Both the position numbers and the translations under genes were made by a program. The notes under the pieces were generated by a model. The model was not told the DNA's origin, did not search any database, and saw only the letters and a list, made by a program, of their open reading frames with translations. This document shows, piece by piece, positions 19,587 through 29,219 of a stretch of DNA of 64,000 bases; position 1 is the first letter of the stretch; every line of letters begins with the position of its first letter. Source of the DNA: Spirochaetia bacterium (GTDB taxonomy: Bacteria; Spirochaetota; Spirochaetia; UBA9216); NCBI GenBank assembly GCA_965140585.1, contig OZ223264.1, positions 736,001 to 800,000 on the forward strand, given 5' to 3'.

Positions 19587-21102
19587 TTGAGAGAAATGAA
19601 TGATAAGATGCCGGAATACATTCTTTCAGTTGAAAACATAAATAAAACCTTTCCCGGTGTTAAAGCGCTTGATGATGTTTCTATTAATGTCAGGCGGGGG
19701 ACGGTTCATGGAATAGTAGGGGAGAACGGTGCCGGTAAATCTACACTGATGAAGATTTTATCAGGAGTACATGTTAAAGATTCGGGCACAATCACTTTTG
19801 ACGGAAAAGATATCAAGTCAACCACACCACATAAGTCAATGGAAATGGGACTTAGTATTATTTATCAGGAACTGAATATCGTAAATACGATGACGGTGGG
19901 AGAAAATGTTTTTCTGGGCCGTTTCAGAGAATTAAAAGGTATGAAGGGCACGCATGCGAAGGCCCGTGAGCTTCTGGACAGTATCGGTTCAAAAATTGAT
20001 ACCTATACCCTGGTTGGAGATTTGAGTGTTTCTGAAAAACAGATGGTTGAAATAGCGAAGGCTCTTTCATTCGACTCTAAACTGATTATCATGGATGAAC
20101 CGAGCAGCAGTCTTACAGATGATGAAATGAAGCATCTGGCAAGGATTATTGCACAGCTTAAAGAGCAGGGAATATCTATCATTTATATAAGTCATAAACT
20201 CGATGAGATATCAACTACTGCGATATGGTCACCGTTATGCGTGACGGCAAGGTCATAGATACAAAACCGATCGGAGAGATAACCAGGGGTGAAATGATTG
20301 CCAAGATGGTCGGCCGGTCAATTGAAAATGAATTTCCCGAGCGTCCGAGAAATGTCGGTGAAACACTGATGGAAGTACGCTCAATAAATACAAAAAAATG
20401 AAGGATGTCTCCTTCAAGCTGAAAAAAGGGTGAAATACTGGGCTTTGTCGGACTGGTGGAGCAGGAAGGACTGAGATAGTCCGGGCTATTTTCGGTGCTG
20501 ACAAAACCTTCGGCCATGAAATTCTTATTGACGGAAAACCTGTTAAAATCAAGGAACCTGCCGATGCCAAGGCTGCCGGAATATCATTCGTTCCCGAAGA
20601 CCGTAAACTGCAGGGGCTTATACTTCCCTTCAGTGTTGAGTCAAACATCTCAATGGCAAGCCTCGACAGGATGACGACAAAGCTCGGTTTTCTTAAAAAG
20701 GGCGATGAGAAGGCAATTGCCGAAAGACAGATTAAGGCTCTTAATATTAAAACCCCGTCGGCTAAAACAAGGGCTGAAAGCCTTTCCGGCGGAAACCAGC
20801 AGAAATGTATAGTCGGCCGCTGGCTCGAACTTGAACCGCGTATCCTGATAATGGATGAACCGACAAGGGGTATTGATGTCGGTGCGAAGTATGAAATCTA
20901 TCTGCTTATGAAGGATATAGTTAGCAAGGGCGGTTCTGTAATATTGATATCTTCGGAACTTCCGGAGGTTCTGAATATGAGCAACCGCGTGCTTACAATC
21001 TGTGACGGCCGAATTACAGGCGAGTTTGATCCTGAAAAGGCATCGACACATGAAATAATGGAAAAAGCATTTGAGTTTATTGATAAAGGGACAGAATCAT
21101 GA
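19587..21102 (+). pseudogene. Sugar ABC transporter ATPase (RbsA/MglA type), frameshifted
   Basis: GENGAGKS, 'MDEPS', 'SHKLDE', 'PEDRK', 'LSGGNQQK', 'DEPTRGIDVGAK' with indels at about 20210-20460. Confidence 0.88.
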
Positions 21103-22108
21103 GCGAAAATAATATACCAGCAAAAGCAGTTCCGGTTGCTGATTCAAAATTCAGAAGGGCAATTATTGAGTTCTCAAAGGAATACATGGTCCTTTTCGCC
21201 ATTGCTGTACTGGCCATTGTAACTATAATCGTCGAAACCAAAATTTGCGACTGTTGCAAATATGACGAATATCATGCGTCAGTTCGGGCCTCTGATTATG
21301 GTCTGCCTTGGAATGACTTTTGTGATTATAGGCGGGTTTATTGATCTTTCAGTTTCCGGAACAATTCCGCTGGTCGTTGTCATAACCCACTCACTTATCG
21401 AACCTCTTGGAATGGTTCCGGCTCTTATAATCGGACTGATAGCCGGAGCGGTGTGCGGCTTTATCAACAGTCTGCTGATACTGGTGAGCGGTGCTATCAC
21501 ACAGGCTGAAGCCCTGTTTATCACCTATGGAACCATGGTCGTTTTCGGCGGGCTTGCAATGCTGTATACAGGAGGAGTGACCCACTACCTGACATACATG
21601 GAGGCTGATTATTCACTCTTCACTGTTATAGGTTCAGGTACGGTCGGAATATTCTCGGTATCATTTCTGATATTTATTTTTGTTTTTGTAATTCTGTATA
21701 TTTTTCAGAATAAAACCTATCTCGGACGCACAATCAACCTGCTCGGTGGAAACAAAACCGCAGCAAGACTTGCAGGAATATCTGTAAAAAAGGGAATCAT
21801 CGCCCATGTTTACCATCAACGGCTTCATGGCTGGTTTAAGCGGTATCATTCTCTTTTCAAGGGTAACGCAGGCATCACCTACGCTAGGTAAGGGCTATGA
21901 AACCCAGGCCATAATGGCGGTAGTCGTCGGCGGAACCTCACTGCTCGGTGGTAAGGGAAGCGTAATACGTACTGTAATTGGAACACTGCTGGTTATTCTG
22001 CTTGGCAACTGCCTTAACCTGCTGGGTGTAGATGTTTATATGCAGTATGTAATGAGAGGTCTTGTTCTGGTCGTAGCCATCTGGCTTGACACCAAGAGGC
22101 AGCACTAG
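21099..22108 (+). pseudogene. Sugar ABC permease (RbsC type), two frameshifts
   Basis: 'GMTFVIIGGFIDLSV', 'GGNKTAARLAGI', 'AVVVGGTSLLGGKGS'. Confidence 0.85.
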
Positions 22109-22116
22109 GAGGCGCG

Positions 22117-23088
22117 GTGATGAATAATTATCCTAAAGGTAAAATAATTTTAAAGAAGCTTACAAGACAGAAAGCGGTAATGGCTATTCTGGCAATGTTT
22201 ATACTGATGCTCTTTTTCCCCACATATTTCTTTACAAGCTACAACCTGCTTGATCTGCTTAATTCCGCATCAATCTATATTGTTCTTGCTTTCGGAATTA
22301 CGCTTGTAATTATTGGTGAGGGAATTGACCTCTCAATCGGAGGAACTCTCTGCCTTGGCGGTATCGTATCTATAATGTTCATGAACGCAGGAGTTCCCAT
22401 CTGGCTTTCGATAGTACTTGCAGTCATTGTCGGAGCTCTTATTGGTGCTGTTAACGGATTTCTGGTTGTGTATCAGAAATGTGCTCCGTTTATAATTACC
22501 CTCGGAATGGGAATGGTCTTAACAGGTGTTGCTCAGCAGCTTACAGACGCGCATCCGATTACACCTGACAACTATGAATTTATGATGATAGGAAATGGTA
22601 CAATTTTCGGTTTTATACCGAATTCGATCGTAATCATGCTTGTCGTATTTGTAATTACCCACTTTCTTCTCCGTTATACCCAGTTCGGACGAAATATTTA
22701 TGCAATCGGCGGTGATTTCGAGGTTGCCGAGTACTCAGGAATAAGTGTTAAGAAAATCCAGGCTGCAACCTATGTTATCTGCGGCGCTGCGGCAGCCTTC
22801 TCGGGTGTACTGCTTTCCTCAACCCTTAATACCGGCCATTCAATCTACGGAGACCGAATTCCGCTTGTTGTTATAAGTGCTGTAGTAGTCGGCGGTACGT
22901 CCCTGGCCGGCGGAGTCGGCGGAGCGCCGCTTGCCATGCTTGGTTACCTTGTTTTCGGAGTAATGGAAAACAGTATGAACATGCTTCGGATCAGCCCCTA
23001 TATTCAGGAAGTAATAAGGGGAATAGTTGTTGTAACCATCCTTTGTCTTGACAGCTACAGCAGAAAGCGCAAGAGAGAAGCTGTATAA
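22117..23088 (+). CDS. Sugar ABC permease (RbsC type)
   Basis: 'GIDLSIG', 'APFIITLG', 'FGRNIYAIGG', 'AVVVGGTSLAGG'. Confidence 0.9.
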   Translation: MMNNYPKGKIILKKLTRQKAVMAILAMFILMLFFPTYFFTSYNLLDLLNSASIYIVLAFGITLVIIGEGIDLSIGGTLCLGGIVSIMFMNAGVPIWLSIVLAVIVGALIGAVNGFLVVYQKCAPFIITLGMGMVLTGVAQQLTDAHPITPDNYEFMMIGNGTIFGFIPNSIVIMLVVFVITHFLLRYTQFGRNIYAIGGDFEVAEYSGISVKKIQAATYVICGAAAAFSGVLLSSTLNTGHSIYGDRIPLVVISAVVVGGTSLAGGVGGAPLAMLGYLVFGVMENSMNMLRISPYIQEVIRGIVVVTILCLDSYSRKRKREAV

Positions 23089-23107
23089 TGTTTTTCCGGA
23101 AGGCTGT

Positions 23108-24067
23108 ATGAAAAAATATCTGTGCGGAGTAGACCTCGGTGGCACAAAGCTGTCTGCCGGGCTCTTTCTTGAAGACGGCACCCTTGTCGAAAAACTGAAA
23201 ATATATGATCACAAGGACATGGACTGTGACGGAATAGCGGATAAGGTTATAAGCCTTATCCGTGCCCTTATGGATAACAATGGTATTGCAGATGAAGAGC
23301 TTCACGGCATAGGTATCTGTATGGCAGGCCATGTGAACTACAAGAAGGGGCTTATAATAACATCAAGTAACTTCAGGGCCTGTTTTAACAATTATCCGAT
23401 ACGGGAGCGGGTAGCCCGGAAATTCCGTACCCATGTAATTCTTGATAATGATGCGAATGCCCAGGCATATGGAGAATTCCGATTCGGTGCTGGCAAGAGT
23501 TTTTCGGATATGATCTTTCTTACTGTAAGTACAGGTGTCGGTTGCGGAATTATAATAGATAAAAAACTTATCCGTGGAATGACAGGTACTGCGGGTGAGG
23601 TCGGTCATACAATAATTGATCCCCATTCCGATATTCAATGTTCCTGCGGAAACTACGGCTGTATGATGTCGCTTTCAAGCGGTCAGTATCTGCCTGCTTT
23701 GTACCGAAAATATCTTGAATCAGGAGAGAAATCAACGATAGGGGTGGATCTTTCGAATGTAGATAATTTCGACGGTCTTACCATGCGGAGGGGCCTTGAG
23801 GAGGGAGACGCTCTTTCAAGGAAAGTCCTTGGTGATTCGGCTGATGCTGTAGGTGTAGGCCTGTATAACCTTTTTCAGATTCTCAATCCCGAAATCTTTA
23901 TAATCGGCGGAGGGCTCACAAATTGCGGCGAGGTTTATCTGGATCAGATTGAGCATAAATTCTTGTCACTCGTGAACAAAATGATGTATGATAAAATCGA
24001 AATCCGACCTTCTGCGCTGGGAAACAACGCCGGATTACTGGGAGCAGCTGCGTTAACACTGGAATAA
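23108..24067 (+). CDS. ROK-family sugar kinase
   Basis: 'VDLGGT', 'DNDANAQAYGE', 'STGVGCG', 'GEVGH', Zn motif CSCGNYGC; no HTH. Confidence 0.88.
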   Translation: MKKYLCGVDLGGTKLSAGLFLEDGTLVEKLKIYDHKDMDCDGIADKVISLIRALMDNNGIADEELHGIGICMAGHVNYKKGLIITSSNFRACFNNYPIRERVARKFRTHVILDNDANAQAYGEFRFGAGKSFSDMIFLTVSTGVGCGIIIDKKLIRGMTGTAGEVGHTIIDPHSDIQCSCGNYGCMMSLSSGQYLPALYRKYLESGEKSTIGVDLSNVDNFDGLTMRRGLEEGDALSRKVLGDSADAVGVGLYNLFQILNPEIFIIGGGLTNCGEVYLDQIEHKFLSLVNKMMYDKIEIRPSALGNNAGLLGAAALTLE

Positions 24068-24069
24068 TT

Positions 24070-24828
24070 ATGAATAAACGACACAGACAGATATTAAGTA
24101 TAATGTCAGATGGAAAAAAAGCTGCTGTTAATGAGCTTGCCGAAAGACTTGATGTCTCTCCTGCAACTATCAGACAGGATTTGACATCTCTTGAATCCAA
24201 CGGCTTTCTGAAAAGGGTTCACGGAGGTGCTGTTCTTGATGAAACAGATGACATCTCACACCGGATGGGTATAAATTATGAGCAAAAGCTCAGCATTGCC
24301 CGGACTGCTGTTTCCTATGTTGAAGAGGGTGAAACCATCTTCATCGAATCGGGTTCCATTAACTCCCTTCTCGCCCAGGAAATAGTCAAGCAGCGTAAAA
24401 CTACGACAATAATTACATCAAATGCCTTTATAGCCAGGCAGATTGGAAAAAATTCCGAAGGAAGAGTTATTCTGCTCGGAGGAATCTATCAGCCGGAAAG
24501 TGAATGTCTTGTCGGTAATCTTGTGAAGGAATGTCTTAAGCATCTGAACTTCAGCAAGGCGTTTATCGGTGTTGACGGCTTTTCTCAGAATACCGGGTTT
24601 ACCGGAAAAGATATGATGAGGGCTGATATCAACTCGGTAATAATTAAAAGAAGTCCCCAAACTTTCATTCTTACTGATTCATCTAAATTCGGAAAAATTG
24701 CCATGTCTAAATACTGCGGGGTTGAAGATATCCAGTACCTGATTACCGACAGTAATATTTCAGATGAGTATGTCGGCATCTTCAAAGAGGCCGGAGTAGA
24801 AATTATTTTTCCTAAAGATCACCTTTAA
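24070..24828 (+). CDS. DeoR-family regulator, YciT-like
   Basis: 'TIRQDL', 'ETIFIESGS', 'LLGGIYQ', 'GFTGKDMMR' and 'TDSSKFG' resemble recalled E. coli YciT. Confidence 0.85.
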   Translation: MNKRHRQILSIMSDGKKAAVNELAERLDVSPATIRQDLTSLESNGFLKRVHGGAVLDETDDISHRMGINYEQKLSIARTAVSYVEEGETIFIESGSINSLLAQEIVKQRKTTTIITSNAFIARQIGKNSEGRVILLGGIYQPESECLVGNLVKECLKHLNFSKAFIGVDGFSQNTGFTGKDMMRADINSVIIKRSPQTFILTDSSKFGKIAMSKYCGVEDIQYLITDSNISDEYVGIFKEAGVEIIFPKDHL

Positions 24829-24847
24829 TATTTAGACGGAGAACAGG

Positions 24848-25861
24848 GTGGTTTCACAGCAGGATGTTGCAAAAAAAGCCAATGTTTCATACATGACGGT
24901 TTCAAGAGTCGTTAACAAATGCGGTAACGTCAAAAAGGAAACCGAGGAACGAGTCCTTAAGGTGATTGAGGAACTCGGTTACCATCCCAATGCCGCTGCC
25001 AGGGCACTGAATAACAGAAAAACCAATAACATAGGAATAGTCCTCCCGAAAAAAGAATATCTTCTTACAGCACCATTTTATATTGAACTCCTTCTTTCGG
25101 TTGAAAAACAGCTCAGACAAAACGGATACAGTCTATTCCTGGGGTCGCTTCATGATGATGAGCTCTCTGCTGCCGATCATTCCAGGCTGTATAAAGAAGG
25201 GAAGGTTGACGGACTGATTGTTTTTGCCCCCCCGTTTGAGGCGCCGTTCCTCGAGAAACTTTCCGGGGATGAAATACCCTTTACCGTTGTTCTGGGCAGA
25301 AGCAGGGGAAATAAGTTCAGCTTTGTTGATGTTGATAATACAGGAAGTTCAGCCCGTGTTGTATCATATCTTCTGGATCTTGGTCATAAAAGAATAGGCT
25401 TCGTCAGTGGTAATATAGAAGAAATAAACGCATCTGACAGGCTTAAAGGATATAAAATGCAGCTGGAGGCGACTGGTATTTCGGTAGATGAGAAGCTGAT
25501 ATTCTGCGGAGACTGGTCACTGAAAAGCGGCTATGATGCATTTGATAAGTTGATGAAACTAGAAAATCCTCCTACTGCAGTGTTCTGTTCCAATGATTAT
25601 ATGGCTATGGGAATGATAAAAGCGGCCCATGATGCAGGTCTTAAACTGCCCCAAGATTTATCTGTAGCCGGTTTTGATGATCTTCAGTATTCATCGTTTA
25701 TTACTCCATCCTTAACTACTGTAAGGCAGCCGGTGGAGCAGATTGCTGTTGCCGCTGTTGACATGATGATGGCGGTTATCTCCGGTGAGTCTACAACTCC
25801 TGCTGAGGTGATTCTTGATTCTGATTTTGTATTACGAAGCTCATGTCTTGCGTTGACATAG
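24848..25861 (+). CDS. LacI-family transcriptional regulator
   Basis: 'DVAKKANVSYMTVSRV', 'YHPNAAARAL', 'SVAGFDD', 'LTTVRQP'. Confidence 0.93.
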   Translation: MVSQQDVAKKANVSYMTVSRVVNKCGNVKKETEERVLKVIEELGYHPNAAARALNNRKTNNIGIVLPKKEYLLTAPFYIELLLSVEKQLRQNGYSLFLGSLHDDELSAADHSRLYKEGKVDGLIVFAPPFEAPFLEKLSGDEIPFTVVLGRSRGNKFSFVDVDNTGSSARVVSYLLDLGHKRIGFVSGNIEEINASDRLKGYKMQLEATGISVDEKLIFCGDWSLKSGYDAFDKLMKLENPPTAVFCSNDYMAMGMIKAAHDAGLKLPQDLSVAGFDDLQYSSFITPSLTTVRQPVEQIAVAAVDMMMAVISGESTTPAEVILDSDFVLRSSCLALT

Positions 25862-25897
25862 AATAATTGTTATGATTAGAATGTGTGCGGTCACATT
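25853..25897 (+). promoter_or_regulatory. Promoter and LacI-type operator upstream of the GH4 gene
   Basis: TTGACA (25853) 18 bp TAGAAT (25877); AATGTGtgCGgtCACATT palindrome with central CG at 25880-25897. Confidence 0.65.
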
Positions 25898-25925
25898 TAG
25901 AAAATTCCGCAACGGAGGAATACTG

Positions 25926-27250
25926 ATGGAAAAAAAAGGCCTAAAAATAGTCACAATTGGCGGCGGATCAAGCTATACGCCTGAACTGGTAGAAGGTTTT
26001 ATCAAACGCTACGATGAACTGCCTGTAAAAGAACTGTGGCTTGTTGATATAGAAAGCGGTCTTGAGAAACTTGAAACAGTGGGGGAGCTTGCAACACGGA
26101 TGGTCGATAAGGCAGGGCTTCCCATGAAAATTATCACTACTACCGATCGCCGGGCTGCTCTTCCGGGAGCTGATTTTGTCACAACCCAGATAAGGGTAGG
26201 GGGAATGGACGGCCGGATAAAGGATGAGAAAATTCCGCTTTCACACGGTGTTCTGGGGCAGGAGACAAACGGAGCCGGAGGGCTGTTTCTTGGACTCCGG
26301 ACCATCCCGGTAATTCTTCAAATTGCCGATGAGATTGTTGAATTATGCCCGGAAGCCTGGCTTGTGAATTTTTCGAATCCGGCTGGAATGGTAACCGAAG
26401 CCCTCCTCAGATATTCAGACCATAAAAGGGTTGTAGGTCTCTGTAATGTCCCGATTGGTATTCACAAAGCTCTGGCCGGGGTTATGGGCGTGGATACCGA
26501 AAGGCTGAAAGTTGATTTTGCCGGCCTTAATCACATGGTTTTCGGCCTTAAAACATATCTTGACGGTGAGGATATCTCTGAGCAGATTCCGGATATTATA
26601 ATAGAATCGAAGGGCCGGATTACAATGAATAATATTCCGCCTATTGAATGGGAACCGGAATTTATTAAGGGTCTGAAGATTCTGCCCTGTCCCTACCACC
26701 GTTACTAGCTATAAGACTGCCGAGATGGTGAAAGAGGCCCTTGAAGAGTATCGGCATAACGGTACAAGGGCAGAGAAGGTTAAGGCAATGGAAACCGAGC
26801 TTTTCGAGCTTTACAGGGAGCCGTCGCTTAATGTCAAACCGGCCCAGCTTGAGAACCGAGGCGGGGCTTACTACAGTGATGCAGCCTGCAGCCTCATCAA
26901 TTCCATTTATAATAATAAGGGTGATATACAGACAGTTAACACCATGAACCGGGGGGCTATAAGCGACCTTCCCTATGAGTCTGCTGTCGAGATAAACTGC
27001 CGAATTACTGGCAATGGTCCCGAGACTGCTGTCAGGTGCGAACTTCCCATACCGGTTAAGGGGTCTTATACAGCAGATTAAATCCTTTGAGAGAACGGCC
27101 GCTGAAGCTGCGGTCACGGGTGATTACAATACCGGAGTTCTGGCGCTTGCCATAAATCCGCTGGTCGCATCTGATAAACTGGCAAGAGTATTATTTGATG
27201 AAATGCTTGAGGCTCATAAAGAGTTTCTTCCGCAGTTTGCTGCGCGCTGA
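25926..27250 (+). pseudogene. 6-phospho-beta-glucosidase, GH4 (LicH/CelF-like), frameshifted
   Basis: 'IGGGSSYTPEL', 'GQETNGAGG', 'NFSNP', 'GLCNVP', 'GLNH', 'RGGAYYSDAA'; +1 insertions near 26707 and 27060. Confidence 0.88.
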
Positions 27251-27258
27251 GGCCTTCT

Positions 27259-28159
27259 GTGAAAAGAATTATTGGCGTCGATGTAGGCGGGACCAAGATA
27301 GCTTCTGTGCTTGCGGAATATGGAGATGATTTCACAATTCTGGGCAGATTGAGAATAGACACTGAGGCTGAGCGGGGATGCGCTGATATAATTGATAATA
27401 TCTGCGGTTCTATTGATAAGCTTCTTGCTGAAGAGGGGATAACCTCCGCGGATCTCTCCGGAATCGGGATCGCTCTTCCGGGTCCTGTTGATTCAGAGAC
27501 CGGGGTTTCATTTGACTGTCCCAATTTAAAGGGATGGAAAAATATAGATATAAGGCAAATCCTTAAGCAGCGTTACGGTACATTTGTGTATGCTGAAAAT
27601 GATGCTAGGGCAGCAGCTGCAGGTGAGGCTGCCTTTGGTGCCGGGCGTAATATAAGTAACTTTGTGTATATAAGTATCAGCACAGGGATAGGCTGCGGAA
27701 TCATTATAGATGGAAGGGTTTATAAGGGTGCTCACGGTGCTGCTGGCGAGCTTAGTCACATCGTATTTCCCGGCGGCGAAGAACTGTACAAGTTAGCCTC
27801 AGGCAAGGCAGTCGAAGAGCTATTTTCTGTATCGGCTGAAAATCTGAAGATCCTCTATGAAAAAGGCGAGTCTTCAGCGGTGAAAGCTTTTGAGCATCTG
27901 CTTGAATACCTTGGGACAGGGATTTCAAATGTTGTGACCCCTGCTGAATCCCGCTGCCGTGGTGATAGGAGGCGGACTTGGCAACCTCGGTGATTTTCTG
28001 CTCAAACCGCTTGAACGTGAAATAAGGCGGAAGGCCTTTTCAGTAAGCGGAGAGAAGGTTCAAATTCTAAAGGCCGAGCATATCAACGACGCAGGAGTCC
28101 TCGGGATCTGTTCTATGCTGCTCAGTGAACTGCCGGACACTGACTCTGCGGCTTTTTAA
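27259..28159 (+). pseudogene. Second ROK-family kinase lacking the Cys-rich Zn motif, one frameshift
   Basis: 'VDVGGTK', 'ENDARAAAAGE', 'STGIGCG', 'GELSH'; extra C in ACCCC at about 27940. Confidence 0.8.
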
Positions 28160-28172
28160 TCAGGCCGTCTTC

Positions 28173-29150
28173 CTAGTAGGCGACAACTGTGGTTCCGGCT
28201 CTTCCTTCAAGTGACGCTTCAAGATGCTCAACGTCAGTTATTATCACCTTGTGCTGCGGGTTCGCCTGAATAAACTCAATGGCCGCCATCACTTTGGGAG
28301 CCATTGAGCCCACGCCGAAATGGCCCTCATTGTAGTAATATCTTGCTTCGGCAAGCGTCAGACGGTCCAGATGCTTTTCATCCGGCTTCCCGAAATTAAG
28401 TGAAACATGGGGAACCCCGGTAATTATAATGAAGGTTTTAGCTCCTACAGCCAGGGCCAGTTTCATGCTGGCCAGATCCTTATCAATTACACAGTCAATG
28501 CCTTCAAGGGTCTTATCCTTCTCATAGAAAACAGGAATACCGCCCCCGCCTCCGGCTATAACCACGTAATTCTGTTCAAGCAGCAGCTTTATTGCACCCT
28601 TCTCAACTATATCAATCGGATAGGGTGATGCAACGTATCTGCGCCAGCCTCTCCCGGAATCCTCCCTTATTGTCCAGCCGGTAGCCTCGGCCAGAGACTT
28701 CGCTTCCTTTTCGGTGTAGAAAGGGCCAATAGGTTTTGTCGGATTCTTCAGGGCTGGATCGTGCTGATCCACAAGTACCTGCGTCGGGATGGTTACTACA
28801 TTGCGCCAGATACCTGCCTTTATCATCATGTTCTGCAGACACTGTTCGATCATGTATCCCATCGAACCTTCAGTCATTGCATCAGCAACCCCCAGAGGCG
28901 TATCAGGCACTTTTTCCTTGGCGTAGTCCACCATCAGCATCAGATTCCCCACCTGCGGACCGTTCCCGTGGGTCAGAACAAAATTGAAACCCTTATTTAG
29001 AAGGCTTACTATAGGGCCCATAGATTCCCTGGTATTGGCGAACTGTTCATGTATATCGCCCTTTTCACCCTTCCGTATTATGGCATTTCCGCCCAGAGCT
29101 ATAACTGCCAGCTCATGAGGTTCTTTCTTGATATTTTTCGCCTGTTTCAT
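28173..29150 (-). CDS. arcC: Carbamate kinase
   Basis: 'ALGGNA', 'THGNGPQVG', 'PTKPIGPFY', 'VIDKD', 'GSMAPK'. Confidence 0.93.
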   Translation of the reverse strand: MKQAKNIKKEPHELAVIALGGNAIIRKGEKGDIHEQFANTRESMGPIVSLLNKGFNFVLTHGNGPQVGNLMLMVDYAKEKVPDTPLGVADAMTEGSMGYMIEQCLQNMMIKAGIWRNVVTIPTQVLVDQHDPALKNPTKPIGPFYTEKEAKSLAEATGWTIREDSGRGWRRYVASPYPIDIVEKGAIKLLLEQNYVVIAGGGGGIPVFYEKDKTLEGIDCVIDKDLASMKLALAVGAKTFIIITGVPHVSLNFGKPDEKHLDRLTLAEARYYYNEGHFGVGSMAPKVMAAIEFIQANPQHKVIITDVEHLEASLEGRAGTTVVAY

Positions 29151-29219
29151 AAAATAATTATAAATCCATATTTTTATTCTGTAATTGAAAAAAACCGGGA
29201 TCTCGATTATTCTTGTTGT

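Noticed and set aside
26706-26708. TAG inside the GH4 gene as possible pyrrolysine or readthrough codon
   Set aside because: The protein continues in a different frame (TAC TA[G]C TAT AAG = YYYK), so this is a +1 insertion, not recoding
16808-28159. Programmed frameshifting or phase variation
   Set aside because: Too many sites per gene, the runs are short and heterogeneous, and there are no slippery heptamer/structure signals or long SSR tracts
29049-29219. N-terminal extensions given in the ORF track (for example 29049, 52841, 41310, 23048, 25872)
   Set aside because: They overlap neighbouring genes or promoters; downstream ATGs with RBS and domain starts are more plausible
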